64,000 nt of DNA from the IMG/VR virus record IMGVR_UViG_3300042483_000388; one strand, written 5' to 3'. Below are positions 19,204 to 28,640 of this stretch, piece by piece (the first letter of the stretch is position 1; every line of letters begins with the position of its first letter). The notes beneath the pieces are model-generated. The model saw only the letters and a list, made by a program, of their open reading frames with translations. It had not been told where the DNA came from and did no database searches. The position numbers were made by a program, and so were the translations under genes. Origin of the DNA: a virus. Its lineage: Duplodnaviria > Caudoviricetes.

Positions 19204-19922
19204 TGTAATGTTTTTAATTTCATTATTGTATCAATTAATACGTCAACATCTCGTTCACAATATTCCGAAATTTCTTTTAATCTATTATGGTCCCAATATG
19301 CGGCATGAACCATTCCACCATTAATTTCTCCGTCTTTTGGTGTTGGAATTTCTAAACAAGCACACATTAAATCTAATGACCCAATTGAGGTATATGATCC
19401 GTATTGCCAAATTTCCTTTGTGTCTATAGCTTTAACCTCCCAAGGCTTTGTATCATAAGATGGGAGAATCTTGGATGGCATAATTCCGTTTATAATCATT
19501 CGTTTTGCCAACATAGGGATATCAAAGTTTTTAAGGTTATGCCCACATAGGTAAAAATCTAATTTATGACAACGATCCAATAGGTTTCTTACATCAATAA
19601 GAAGTTTTTTCTCATCATTACCAGAGAATGTTTGTTTTTTAACGTCTCCGTTATCTAAAACAAATGCCATAGATACACATACAATTTTTGCAAACTCAGG
19701 AACTAATGCCGATCTTCGTTGAAATACCTCATCCATGTGTTCTTCAGTGGACATCATGTCAGTTATCTTGTCTTCGGGGAATCTTTTAAGAAACCAATCA
19801 AAGTATTTCTCAAATTGGTTTGATACAGTTGGGTTTGTTTCTCTACAACTTTGGTAGTCTTTACAACCACCAACTGTTTCAATGTCGATAAATAAAATTT
19901 TTGTTATTGGTATGTTAATCAT
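19200..19922 (-). CDS. Stand-alone DEDD 3'-5' exonuclease (PolB-exo2-like)
   Basis: LFIDIETV (ExoI), GHNLKNFDIP (ExoII) and YCERDV (ExoIII). Confidence 0.85.
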   Translation of the reverse strand: MINIPITKILFIDIETVGGCKDYQSCRETNPTVSNQFEKYFDWFLKRFPEDKITDMMSTEEHMDEVFQRRSALVPEFAKIVCVSMAFVLDNGDVKKQTFSGNDEKKLLIDVRNLLDRCHKLDFYLCGHNLKNFDIPMLAKRMIINGIMPSKILPSYDTKPWEVKAIDTKEIWQYGSYTSIGSLDLMCACLEIPTPKDGEINGGMVHAAYWDHNRLKEISEYCERDVDVLIDTIMKLKTLQ

Positions 19923-19925
19923 AAT

Positions 19926-21140
19926 TTAATTTATTAAGGATATGTAAAATTCCGCCCTATTTTTTGTCACAATATTAAGGTCATATTTGTCTTTTACCGT
20001 TTCATATAATCTCTCACCAAGATCGGTAATCATATTTGGATTTTCAACCAACTTTTTAATGTTTTTTGCCCAATCACTATGATTGTTAGTTTCGTTAACC
20101 AACAATGCGTTTCCATCGGTAAACTGACCTTTATCCAATGCGTGTTTCAAGTCAATGGTATAAGGTCCAACATTCGACGCAATTAACGCTTTCTTATAAA
20201 ATCCTGCTTCAATAACCTTCAATTGTGATTTCATTCTATTGAATATATGGTTTTTAATTGGTGCCAATGAAATGTCAAAGTTAGAATAGTTTCTAGCGTA
20301 TTGGTCAACAGGTCTCGTCCAAACTCTAACATAGTTTTCGTTTTGGATTGCCGGATAGTCCCCCTCTTCAAATTTGTCTAAGTAAATTTTATATTCTGGT
20401 GAGATAATTTTATAATCATTGGTAAAAATTTTCTCATACATTACCCAAACCGTTTCATTAGGTTTAATTGGTCTTTGTTTTTTTTCTCCAGTATCTTTAT
20501 TTAATTCGGTAATAACCCCACGAATATCAAATCCACAAATATAATATTGTAACTTATCTTGTATTTGCCCAAGTTTGTTGGTCATTCCATCTAATAACTT
20601 AAGATCGTGTAAGTGGGATGAACCACCCAACCAACCAACTCGTATCTTATCCGATTTTGGTGTGGGTTGATTAAACTGAGGTTCTGTTGGGTCAATTGCG
20701 TTAGGTAAAACAATAACATTCTTATTGATTTTTCTAATTTCGTTGGCAAATAAGTCAGTTGTTGTTGTAACATATGAACACTCCCTTAAATTGTTTACAA
20801 TTTTTGTATTCATATTTTGTTGTCTAATCAATTCATGAATAGGGTGTTCCTTTGTGGGAAGCCAATAGTCATCAATGTCACCAATAACGATAATACCCAT
20901 AGACTTTAACCTTTTTATAAGTTCAGGACATTCATCAATATTCCCAAAACTTCTATGGAAATGAACTATTTGGTATTTTTTCCAATAATTTATGTCATTA
21001 ATTTTTGGTTGGTAATCAATATCAACGTGAAAATCATTTGGATATAAATTTTGTAGTTTAACGTGGGGGTCTACAGATCTGAACTTTCCTACTCCCGACG
21101 TATCTGAGGGGAGACACAATACTTTAATTTTTTCTTTCAT
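19926..21140 (-). CDS. GT-B fold glycosyltransferase
   Basis: GVGKFR, DIDDYW, GWLGGSSH, DISLAP and KSQLKVIEAG...ASNVGPY. Confidence 0.85.
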   Translation of the reverse strand: MKEKIKVLCLPSDTSGVGKFRSVDPHVKLQNLYPNDFHVDIDYQPKINDINYWKKYQIVHFHRSFGNIDECPELIKRLKSMGIIVIGDIDDYWLPTKEHPIHELIRQQNMNTKIVNNLRECSYVTTTTDLFANEIRKINKNVIVLPNAIDPTEPQFNQPTPKSDKIRVGWLGGSSHLHDLKLLDGMTNKLGQIQDKLQYYICGFDIRGVITELNKDTGEKKQRPIKPNETVWVMYEKIFTNDYKIISPEYKIYLDKFEEGDYPAIQNENYVRVWTRPVDQYARNYSNFDISLAPIKNHIFNRMKSQLKVIEAGFYKKALIASNVGPYTIDLKHALDKGQFTDGNALLVNETNNHSDWAKNIKKLVENPNMITDLGERLYETVKDKYDLNIVTKNRAEFYISLIN

Positions 21141-21282
21141 ATTTTTTTATAATTTTTTTTAAATAGGTAAGATCATAAAAATCACTTTCCCACATTATTT
21201 CTAAAATATAACCTTTTTCTATTGTTAAGTCAATCTTGTTTTTATCATACTCCCATAATTCTTTTGCCGTCTTTTGTTTTTT
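21124..21282 (-). pseudogene. C-terminal remnant of a Vsr/PD-(D/E)XK-type free-standing endonuclease
   Basis: KTAKELWEYDKNKIDLTIEKGYILEIMWESDF resembles the 'WES/WED' C-terminus of Vsr-like phage endonucleases. The upstream part of the frame runs into a terminator and has no credible start. Confidence 0.5.
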
Positions 21283-21327
21283 AATTAAAAATAGACCAGT
21301 CTTATCAAAAGGTAAAAATATAAACAC

Positions 21328-21356
21328 AAAAAAAACCCCCACTTTAGATGGAGGTT
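21328..21356 (-). terminator. Rho-independent terminator
   Basis: Minus strand reads AACCTCCA-tctaaag-TGGGGGTT followed by a T run, just downstream of ORF 21377..22036. Confidence 0.7.
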
Positions 21357-21376
21357 ATAAGAAATTATAAAAAATA

Positions 21377-22036
21377 TTATTTTGCCATTTTCTTAACTTT
21401 CAGAACTTTACCTTCAAATAGGTGTTGTCCCACCCTGAATTTAAATAAATCACTACTTCTTGATTCAGATTCCACTAAAAGACCATTTTCTTTTAATACG
21501 TCTTCTACCGTTTCTCGAACAATATCTCTAATATCATTTGATGATAAACCAAGAGATGGTTGTTGTGTTTGTTGTTGAGGTTGTCTTTTTTGTATTTGTT
21601 CATTAACAATATCTCCCTTTGCGTTTGTTTTCATTAGTCGAGAAGCTTTCTCAACTAATTCGTCGGAAATTACACTTCCAGAACCCATACCCATTGTTGG
21701 TTGTTGTATTGGGTGTTCCATCATTAATCTTTTAATTTCATCTGGAAGCTTTGAGTTAGATATTCTATCTGCTGTTGGTGGGCCAGAATGTGATTGTGTT
21801 GGACGAGATTCTTGAGTTTCCTGTAAAAGATCGTTAGGTAAGTTGTAAGTCGCGTTCATAGGTTGAAAGTTCTCAACTCTTGGTGATGTATGGTTACTAT
21901 TATTAGATGATGCATTGTCATCTTGGCTTGAGTAATCCCCATCCATTGTTCCCTGTCCTCTACCCATATTGTTATGTTTTTCCATGATCTTCTTTGAGAC
22001 CATTAATCTTTGCATTAATTCGTTTTCTGATGTCAT
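21377..22036 (-). CDS. Hypothetical low-complexity protein (219 aa)
   Basis: Clean ORF, rich in Q/N/S, followed by a terminator. Confidence 0.7.
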   Translation of the reverse strand: MTSENELMQRLMVSKKIMEKHNNMGRGQGTMDGDYSSQDDNASSNNSNHTSPRVENFQPMNATYNLPNDLLQETQESRPTQSHSGPPTADRISNSKLPDEIKRLMMEHPIQQPTMGMGSGSVISDELVEKASRLMKTNAKGDIVNEQIQKRQPQQQTQQPSLGLSSNDIRDIVRETVEDVLKENGLLVESESRSSDLFKFRVGQHLFEGKVLKVKKMAK

Positions 22037-22055
22037 ATTATATTATATTTTTATT

Positions 22056-22436
22056 TCAAAAGACTGCGTTTATGAGAACCCTTGACATACTTTTATCCCC
22101 ATTTGGGTTATAGTTTGGTCTTGGGGTATCGAATATTTCAGTTGTTGGTCTAATAAACTGAGTTTTATCAATTCTAAACATTCTCCATCCAGGTAATGGT
22201 TTCTCACCCTTGTATGCTGTGTGAGATGCCCCCTCTTTATCCCAAGCTCGTAAAACAGGATTCCCACTTTTACTATAACCAAAACATACAGGTTCAATAA
22301 CCCTTAACCCTTTACCCCCTGGTTCATCACCATCGTAATAAATTGCACACACTCTTCTTTGCTTTATCGCATCAATAACTTGGTCTTTTGATGCTACTTC
22401 TAATATAAGACTATTGAGAGTGTTGTAAAGTTTCAT
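22056..22436 (-). CDS. Stand-alone WYL-domain protein
   Basis: AIKQRRVCAIYY, RVIEP, LRAW and WRMFRIDK are WYL signature elements; no HTH is attached. Confidence 0.75.
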   Translation of the reverse strand: MKLYNTLNSLILEVASKDQVIDAIKQRRVCAIYYDGDEPGGKGLRVIEPVCFGYSKSGNPVLRAWDKEGASHTAYKGEKPLPGWRMFRIDKTQFIRPTTEIFDTPRPNYNPNGDKSMSRVLINAVF

Positions 22437-22723
22437 TATGCTGATGGTGTTGTATATGGTTTGTCTGGTTGAAATTCATTAACTTTTATTTCACTTTTTC
22501 TTTCGGCAGCATCAATGGATGATCCCCCATTAACGGTGTCTAAAAAAACTCCCGTACCTTTTCCAAATTGATCTCCATCGGATATTGCGTCTTTATTTGT
22601 TGAGGAGTAAGGATTAACCGTTTTGTAATCATTTTTTACGATCAATCTTTTTCTTTGCGCATCGCCAATCGCAGTCAAATCGTTTTCTGGTTGGCTATAA
22701 TCTAGTCTTTCTATTTCCGGCAT
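22436..22723 (-). CDS. Hypothetical protein (95 aa)
   Basis: Translationally coupled ORF in the operon. Confidence 0.65.
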   Translation of the reverse strand: MPEIERLDYSQPENDLTAIGDAQRKRLIVKNDYKTVNPYSSTNKDAISDGDQFGKGTGVFLDTVNGGSSIDAAERKSEIKVNEFQPDKPYTTPSA

Positions 22724-22724
22724 C

Positions 22725-23195
22725 TTAAATTATTTGTTTTATTATTTGGTTTATTCTATCTAAGTCTTCTTTTATTCTAACATCTTGTGTAAAAGTGCTA
22801 TGGTCTTTTGATGGTCTTGCCATATCAGCCAACGGACCTAAATCATCGATAAGGTCATCGGTAACATCTGCTGGCATATATTCATTCTCAATCTCATTAT
22901 CAAAATTATCATTACGTCTTAAACCATCTATTGTGGTATCAACCCAATTTTTCATATAGTCAGCACCATTCAACGTAAATGGGGCATCAGTTTTGTCTCC
23001 AATATAATTATCAAACCAATGTTTTATTCTACCCAATTGTTGATAAGTTACATACCCACTATTCCTTAATTCCTCATTCCGTTTGTGACCTTCAATTGAT
23101 GCGTCGGAATTTGGGATATGTTCAAAACAAGTCTCTAAATACTCCAACATTTTATCGGGTATTTGAATCGTCTTACCATATAAACTACTATTCAC
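22725..23195 (-). CDS. Hypothetical protein (156 aa), possible head protein
   Basis: Clean ORF ending in IKEDLDRINQII. Confidence 0.6.
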   Translation of the reverse strand: MNSSLYGKTIQIPDKMLEYLETCFEHIPNSDASIEGHKRNEELRNSGYVTYQQLGRIKHWFDNYIGDKTDAPFTLNGADYMKNWVDTTIDGLRRNDNFDNEIENEYMPADVTDDLIDDLGPLADMARPSKDHSTFTQDVRIKEDLDRINQIIKQII

Positions 23196-24075
23196 CTTGA
23201 CTTAAGTGTTTTATTAATTTATTTAAGCTAATCCCCTCTTTTTCTGCAATTTTTTTAATTGACTCAATGTTTCTCATCAAAATTTTAGAAATGGGACTAT
23301 TATCTTCAGTTTCTTCTTTTGTTTTTTTAACTACGTCTTTGTTATTATTTTTTTTTGAAAGTAATATCTCATCTAACATATTATTCATTTTTTGTTTCTC
23401 TAATTCTGCCAATCTTTTTTTGGTGAAACAATTTTTACACTCCCCGTGTTCCTTTTCAATTTCAAGTTGTCTATCAAGTTTTGGGTCAAACCCAAAAACT
23501 TTACATCTTTCATCTCTTTCTAAATAATCTTCAACACCAAGTTCTTCCATTGATTCCATACATTCATTATATGTTCTATCATTTTCAGTCTCTTCTTTTG
23601 CAAATGCTCCTGACATATCTTCTTCATCTATAACAGGTTTGTCTTCTTTTGTTCCCTCATTCCAATAACCACGAATATATGGGAATTGATTTGACTTTGT
23701 CATTTTGGCCGTTTGGTCGGTAGTTTTTTTGGCAAGAACCCTTTGGTTTAATATTGGAATGTTTGAACTGATATAAGATCCATCAGCGTTAACTAGTTCA
23801 TCAATCTCTCCGTTTTGTTTTTTAGAATTCTTTTGTTTTGAATTAAGAATCATCGATATCCTTTCCTTTGACAATTTTTTACCTGATTTAAGAATTTTTA
23901 AAATAGTTTTTTTAATTTCTTCTTTTTGACTTTTATCAAACTTAATAACTTTATTATCTTTTCGTGATTCACTTATAGTATCTGATACGGAGTAATATAA
24001 TGAAAACATATCCTTCCCCTCTTTTAGGTAGAAGTAATAAGGTGACTCAAAATATTCTTTATTGAACTCAATCAT
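23188..24075 (-). CDS. Hypothetical charged protein (295 aa), possible head protein
   Basis: First gene of the minus-strand unit, with TATTTAT at 24092-24098 upstream. Confidence 0.6.
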   Translation of the reverse strand: MIEFNKEYFESPYYFYLKEGKDMFSLYYSVSDTISESRKDNKVIKFDKSQKEEIKKTILKILKSGKKLSKERISMILNSKQKNSKKQNGEIDELVNADGSYISSNIPILNQRVLAKKTTDQTAKMTKSNQFPYIRGYWNEGTKEDKPVIDEEDMSGAFAKEETENDRTYNECMESMEELGVEDYLERDERCKVFGFDPKLDRQLEIEKEHGECKNCFTKKRLAELEKQKMNNMLDEILLSKKNNNKDVVKKTKEETEDNSPISKILMRNIESIKKIAEKEGISLNKLIKHLSQGE

Positions 24076-24091
24076 AAAATTAGTTTTTACA

Positions 24092-24119
24092 ATAAATACT
24101 TTGATATGTTGTATTTATA
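24092..24119. promoter_or_regulatory. Back-to-back TATTTAT motifs at a divergent junction (putative late promoters)
   Basis: ATAAATA at 24092-24098 (minus strand, before 24075) and TATTTATA at 24112-24119 (plus strand, before 24130). Confidence 0.5.
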
Positions 24120-24129
24120 ATTAAAACAA

Positions 24130-26313
24130 ATGGCATACCAAAATATAAATCAGTATAATTACCCAAAACTTAAATTGAATGTCATTTATGATGGTCAGGA
24201 TATGTCTTTGGCATCTGATGAGGTGGATTTTAATCAAGAGGTTGTATTTTCGCCTTACTTAATTGCGGAAGGTGATGGTACAAGATTGCCGGTTTTTTTG
24301 GATTTAAACAACCCTCTTTCATCTCAGGGACTTACTTTAAATTATGGATCTTATAATCCTAACAATATTATTGTGTCGGAAAATTATTATGAGTATCCAG
24401 ATTTAAAATTAAATTGTTTTTCCGCTAGCACGACATGTGACATTGGTCTTACGGGTATTGATAATGGTTTAGTTAATCAAATTGAGGGTGAGACAATAAC
24501 TTTTACTAATGGTTTATTTTCCGATTATTTAAAGTTTAGTAGAGAGTATTTTGATAGAAGAATGAAATTTATTCAGGTGACAACCAACGTCCCACAAAAT
24601 CATAAGTTTTCTGGGGTTCCCGAATATACGTCCTACCAAATTGTATCAAAAGAAAATCCTCAGGTTGGTAAATATCACGAACTATATGGTGGATTCTATC
24701 AAGGGTTTTATAAGTTATTTGATTATGATTATGATATATTACCCGAAAGAATGAAAAAAGGTTGGTCTATTGAGTTATTATTAAAACCAAGGCTTTTTGA
24801 TGAATATACTCCACCTCCAGGATATACAACTTTAAATAGGATATACCCAAATAATAAGAACACATTCTTTTATATGGGAACAAGAGCTGAGAATAAATTT
24901 TATCATTATGCTGACGGATCACCAAAATGTGACCCAAGTTATACAAGAGTTACATCGGGATTAACAAATTGTTTTCAAACTTGCGCTTGTTGTAATTTAA
25001 CAATAACAAATAGCAGATGTATTTTTGTTTACCCACCAAGACCAAATAATGGTTTTTATAATCCATATGCAAATAATGGATGTAATGTTTGTAATAATGG
25101 TCAAACACAACAATATTGTGGATGTAGTTGTGGGGAAAACCCTTGTCTACCTTGTGGGTGGGAATGTAAAACACATATTTGTGATAACGTAATCCAACCA
25201 ACACCAACTCCAACACCAAGCCCAACACCAATAGTTCCGTGTGATGCACCCGTTACTCCCATCTGTACACCTACGTGTAGTAATTGTGCAAACAATGATT
25301 GTGATAGTTGTAACACTTGTGGATGTTGTCCTAGTTATGTTCCAACAGGATTTACATCAATAGAAAATACGTGTGAGGTAGACCCAAAAATGGACGCACT
25401 ATCTAACAATATTTCCATTAGATTATGTGGTGACCCTAAAAATCCTGGTATTGGTATTAGAGTTATTAAAATTACCGGATCGTGTGAAACAACAGGAACT
25501 TGTATAACGGGACAAACTTATGTTACCGGATATACAATACAGGATATTTGTACTCCACCAATATACCCTTATTGTTTATCGGTTAATCCTGCTTGGTTAG
25601 AGTTTGAACATTGGTTCCAAATAGATGTTGTTTGGGAAAGATATACATTCATTGATTATTGTGATTTAAGATGGTTCGGCGGTTTAGATGACATAACTAA
25701 AGTTAGGTATTTAGATTCTTTAGCGAACAACACCGTATCTCTTATAGAACCACCATACACTAATGGATTGGCAACACCAAAAACGGTAACAATTGTTGAG
25801 TTAAATCAAAAATGGTTGGACGACACAAAATTCAGGGAGGGTAGATTAAAAATATATATAAATGGTAAAATATTCTATGTTGTTGAAAACTTTGAGGAAG
25901 TTATTCCAAGGGGATTGGACACAGATAAAGAAAAACAAGTTGGGGTTCCGTTTAACATGTCTTGGGGTGGAGGAACTCAAGGTCTTCACGAAAACTTAAC
26001 ATTGTCAGCTTGTACCGCAACAACCATCGGAGAATTTATACAAGACCCGGAATGTTTCCCAGAAAATGTTTTAAGTTCAACAAGTTTAAATAGTTTAAAA
26101 ACTCACATCTTATTGGAAGAAAATTTTGGTGGAACATTTGATGGTGGTATTTCTCAGTTTAGATTCTACACTCAACCACTATCGTCACCTGAAGTTAAAC
26201 ATAATTTTAGTTTATTAAAAAATAAATTTATGATGTTTGATCCTGATTGTCCCGTTTGCGACACCTCAACTTGTGTTACTAACGATTTTACATATACAAT
26301 AATAAATGAATAA
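24130..26313 (+). CDS. Large structural protein with a ConA/LamG-like lectin fold, a Cys-rich insert and a Pro/Thr linker
   Basis: WSIELLL, FFYMGTRAENK, RLKIYINGK and GGISQFRFY..L are LamG-like elements; dense Cys cluster at about 24928-25380. Confidence 0.55.
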   Translation: MAYQNINQYNYPKLKLNVIYDGQDMSLASDEVDFNQEVVFSPYLIAEGDGTRLPVFLDLNNPLSSQGLTLNYGSYNPNNIIVSENYYEYPDLKLNCFSASTTCDIGLTGIDNGLVNQIEGETITFTNGLFSDYLKFSREYFDRRMKFIQVTTNVPQNHKFSGVPEYTSYQIVSKENPQVGKYHELYGGFYQGFYKLFDYDYDILPERMKKGWSIELLLKPRLFDEYTPPPGYTTLNRIYPNNKNTFFYMGTRAENKFYHYADGSPKCDPSYTRVTSGLTNCFQTCACCNLTITNSRCIFVYPPRPNNGFYNPYANNGCNVCNNGQTQQYCGCSCGENPCLPCGWECKTHICDNVIQPTPTPTPSPTPIVPCDAPVTPICTPTCSNCANNDCDSCNTCGCCPSYVPTGFTSIENTCEVDPKMDALSNNISIRLCGDPKNPGIGIRVIKITGSCETTGTCITGQTYVTGYTIQDICTPPIYPYCLSVNPAWLEFEHWFQIDVVWERYTFIDYCDLRWFGGLDDITKVRYLDSLANNTVSLIEPPYTNGLATPKTVTIVELNQKWLDDTKFREGRLKIYINGKIFYVVENFEEVIPRGLDTDKEKQVGVPFNMSWGGGTQGLHENLTLSACTATTIGEFIQDPECFPENVLSSTSLNSLKTHILLEENFGGTFDGGISQFRFYTQPLSSPEVKHNFSLLKNKFMMFDPDCPVCDTSTCVTNDFTYTIINE

Positions 26314-27546
26314 ATGAGTCAGAGTATAATAATTAATAGTGTTTTTTATGATGGTGAATTGGCCGAAGTGTTATTTACGCCCGACAATGATGATGTTGTT
26401 ATTAATTTTGAGGAAATATTATTGCCCTTTTTATTTGAACCAAATTTATTATACCCACCAAGAGAAATTTTTGGAACGTACACCATAAAACCTGTTTCAA
26501 CTAACTGCCCTTATTTTTTAAATGTTGTAAGACCAACACCAACACCAACACCGACAAATACCCCAACGCCTACACCAACACCTACACCGACTTCAACCGT
26601 TACTCCAACACCAACATTAGACCCTTGTAAACTTCCGAGTCCAACACCAACATCTACTTTAACACCGACACCAACTCCTACAATTAGTGTTACACCAACA
26701 CCAACACCAACTTGGAATGTATGTATAGAACCATTACCACCATTAGTCGTTACAATTTTATTGGAAATACTTCAAGGTTCTGTCATATTAAAAACTACAA
26801 TCACTTACAATAGATCATTAATAACTGACACATCAATTAAGTTTAATGCGATACTAACTACAAAAACAAATGAAAGAATTGTCATTCCAAAAGAAATTTT
26901 AATAAATGCGGGAACAAGTTTGGGGGTATTTGAAACAGTACTCGATATGGATTTTAATTCGTTATCAAATGTTGTGTTTATTGAAGATAGTCAAATTGAG
27001 GGTCATGATATTACTCCAAATTTTATAAAAGAAATAAAAAAACATTTACCACCAACTAACACTCCGACAAATACACCAACTCCAACACCAACAATAACTG
27101 CAACTTTGGGATCATCACCTACACCTACACCAACTAATACTCCAACTAATACTCCTACTAACACACCAACTAATACTCCTACTAACACACCAACACCAAC
27201 ACCAAGCACTACTACTATACCAAAAATATATTTTGGAAAATTAACAAACGCTAACTTCAATTCGGGAGATGAATTATTGTTGTCCACAATAGAAACATTA
27301 CAAACAATTAATTTACATTTGGAAATTGTTTCGGGATCGGGGTATGTTTATATTTTAATTCCAACGAATAGCGATCAACCTACAATGTTTAGAAATAGTG
27401 AATATGGTTGTAATGGCAATATAATTCCAATCATAACAAGACCAAATGTGAATATAGTTGACAATTTTGGCAATACTACTATTTATTCAATATATAGATC
27501 ATATGTTTCAACTTTTTCTAAAGTGGATGTATGGTTATGTGAATAA
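26314..27546 (+). CDS. Pro/Thr-repeat (mucin-like) structural protein
   Basis: Two PTPTPTNT tracts separate three small beta-rich domains. Confidence 0.7.
   Translation: MSQSIIINSVFYDGELAEVLFTPDNDDVVINFEEILLPFLFEPNLLYPPREIFGTYTIKPVSTNCPYFLNVVRPTPTPTPTNTPTPTPTPTPTSTVTPTPTLDPCKLPSPTPTSTLTPTPTPTISVTPTPTPTWNVCIEPLPPLVVTILLEILQGSVILKTTITYNRSLITDTSIKFNAILTTKTNERIVIPKEILINAGTSLGVFETVLDMDFNSLSNVVFIEDSQIEGHDITPNFIKEIKKHLPPTNTPTNTPTPTPTITATLGSSPTPTPTNTPTNTPTNTPTNTPTNTPTPTPSTTTIPKIYFGKLTNANFNSGDELLLSTIETLQTINLHLEIVSGSGYVYILIPTNSDQPTMFRNSEYGCNGNIIPIITRPNVNIVDNFGNTTIYSIYRSYVSTFSKVDVWLCE
26533..26710 (+). repeat. PT-dipeptide coding repeat, tract 1
   Basis: Imperfect (CCAACA)n encoding [15 protein letters not shown]... 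Confidence 0.85.
27049..27215 (+). repeat. PT / PTNT coding repeat, tract 2
   Basis: Encodes [15 protein letters not shown]...[16 protein letters not shown]. Confidence 0.85.
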
Positions 27547-27567
27547 TAACATAATATGAATATTTAA

Positions 27568-28113
27568 ATGACCGATTTTAGTAACATCGGTGGGGTGGGG
27601 ATTATGGGCTTCATCTCCCCAATGAACACATTAGACAATTATGCCGTTATTGATCCTTTATATGGGGTCGATGGATTACGTAATGTTGACGAAGAATCGG
27701 ATTTAAATTCAATATCCTACGAAAGACGAAGACCTGGTATGATTGTCGGAACTGATGGAGGTTCTAAATTTTTCAAACTTAAAAATATTTTTTGGTCTTT
27801 TGAATTAACTGATTGGGAAGAAATCTTTTTTTTAAACACAACACAATTAAATTTCGTTCAAAATTTAATAACTAATTTTGTTAACCCACCTTCATTTGTC
27901 GATAGAGAATTAATGTTAGGGTCTATTGATGGCGTAAATAAAGAGTTTAAATTACAATTTACCCCCGAATTAAATTCGGAACACATATATTTAAACGGAC
28001 TTTTGCAAGATCAAGGCGAAAATAATGACTATACCATAAGTGGAAAAATAATAACCTTTAATATCTCTCCACAAATTTCAAGTAAAATAACATGTTCTTA
28101 TAGATTTTTTTAA
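27568..28113 (+). CDS. Small tail/fibre-associated protein
   Basis: ISYERRRPGMIV motif plus a C-terminal IDGVNKEF..YLNGLLQ..DYTISG..ITF domain common in fibre proteins. Confidence 0.6.
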   Translation: MTDFSNIGGVGIMGFISPMNTLDNYAVIDPLYGVDGLRNVDEESDLNSISYERRRPGMIVGTDGGSKFFKLKNIFWSFELTDWEEIFFLNTTQLNFVQNLITNFVNPPSFVDRELMLGSIDGVNKEFKLQFTPELNSEHIYLNGLLQDQGENNDYTISGKIITFNISPQISSKITCSYRFF

Positions 28114-28179
28114 AAAAAATAATATAAATGGTAAACAACTTGAAAAGTAAAGATACTTATATATAGAAAAAAAATAAAA

Positions 28180-28413
28180 ATGGAAAACGTAGAAAAATAC
28201 ACAACAAGTGACCTATACTTGGGAGCTTATTTAAAATTGAAGGGGTTTAAAATGTCGTTAGAAAAACTAAATAATAAATCAGGTTTTGTTTTTGATAAAA
28301 CAAAGGAATTGCAAACAGAAGTTAATAATTATTTAAATGAGATGGGATCGTGTGACCCACTATTATATACCAATTCTATTAAAAATTTAAAAAATTTACT
28401 ATATCATTTGTAA
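28180..28413 (+). CDS. DUF5659-like small protein
   Basis: YTTSDLYLGAYLKLKGF...GFVFD pattern. Confidence 0.55.
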   Translation: MENVEKYTTSDLYLGAYLKLKGFKMSLEKLNNKSGFVFDKTKELQTEVNNYLNEMGSCDPLLYTNSIKNLKNLLYHL

Positions 28414-28448
28414 AAAGTTTGTCTTTTTCAAATGTTGTAGATATTTAT

Positions 28449-28640
28449 CTATATATGTAAATTAATGTCGGTAATTCGACAATCTATTATTTATCTTCCC
28501 ATTTAAATTTATAAAAATATTTAGTGACTAATCATACAGATTAGTCAGGGCAATATGTTTATGTGTCATCCAACTCCCCTCAAGAGTTGAGGTGGAGGTG
28601 TAAAGAACACTTTTAATAAATAAATTAAAAATAAATTTTT
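28449..28640 (+). promoter_or_regulatory. Structured 5' leader with three hairpins
   Basis: TGTCG-N6-CGACA (28466-28481), a perfect 9-bp TGACTAATC/GATTAGTCA stem (28525-28547) and a CCTCAA-gag-TTGAGG stem with extensions (about 28563-28610), all following TATTTAT at 28442-28448. Confidence 0.4.

Noticed and set aside
5044-21140. Eukaryotic giant virus (NCLDV) or bacterial O-antigen locus as the source of the window
   Set aside because: The surrounding genes are T4-like tail and neck genes with bacterial-type terminators; no NCLDV core genes, wzx/wzy or housekeeping context are present.
27003-27287. Antisense VGVLVG-repeat ORF resembling a membrane protein
   Set aside because: It is the reverse complement of the PTNT tract.
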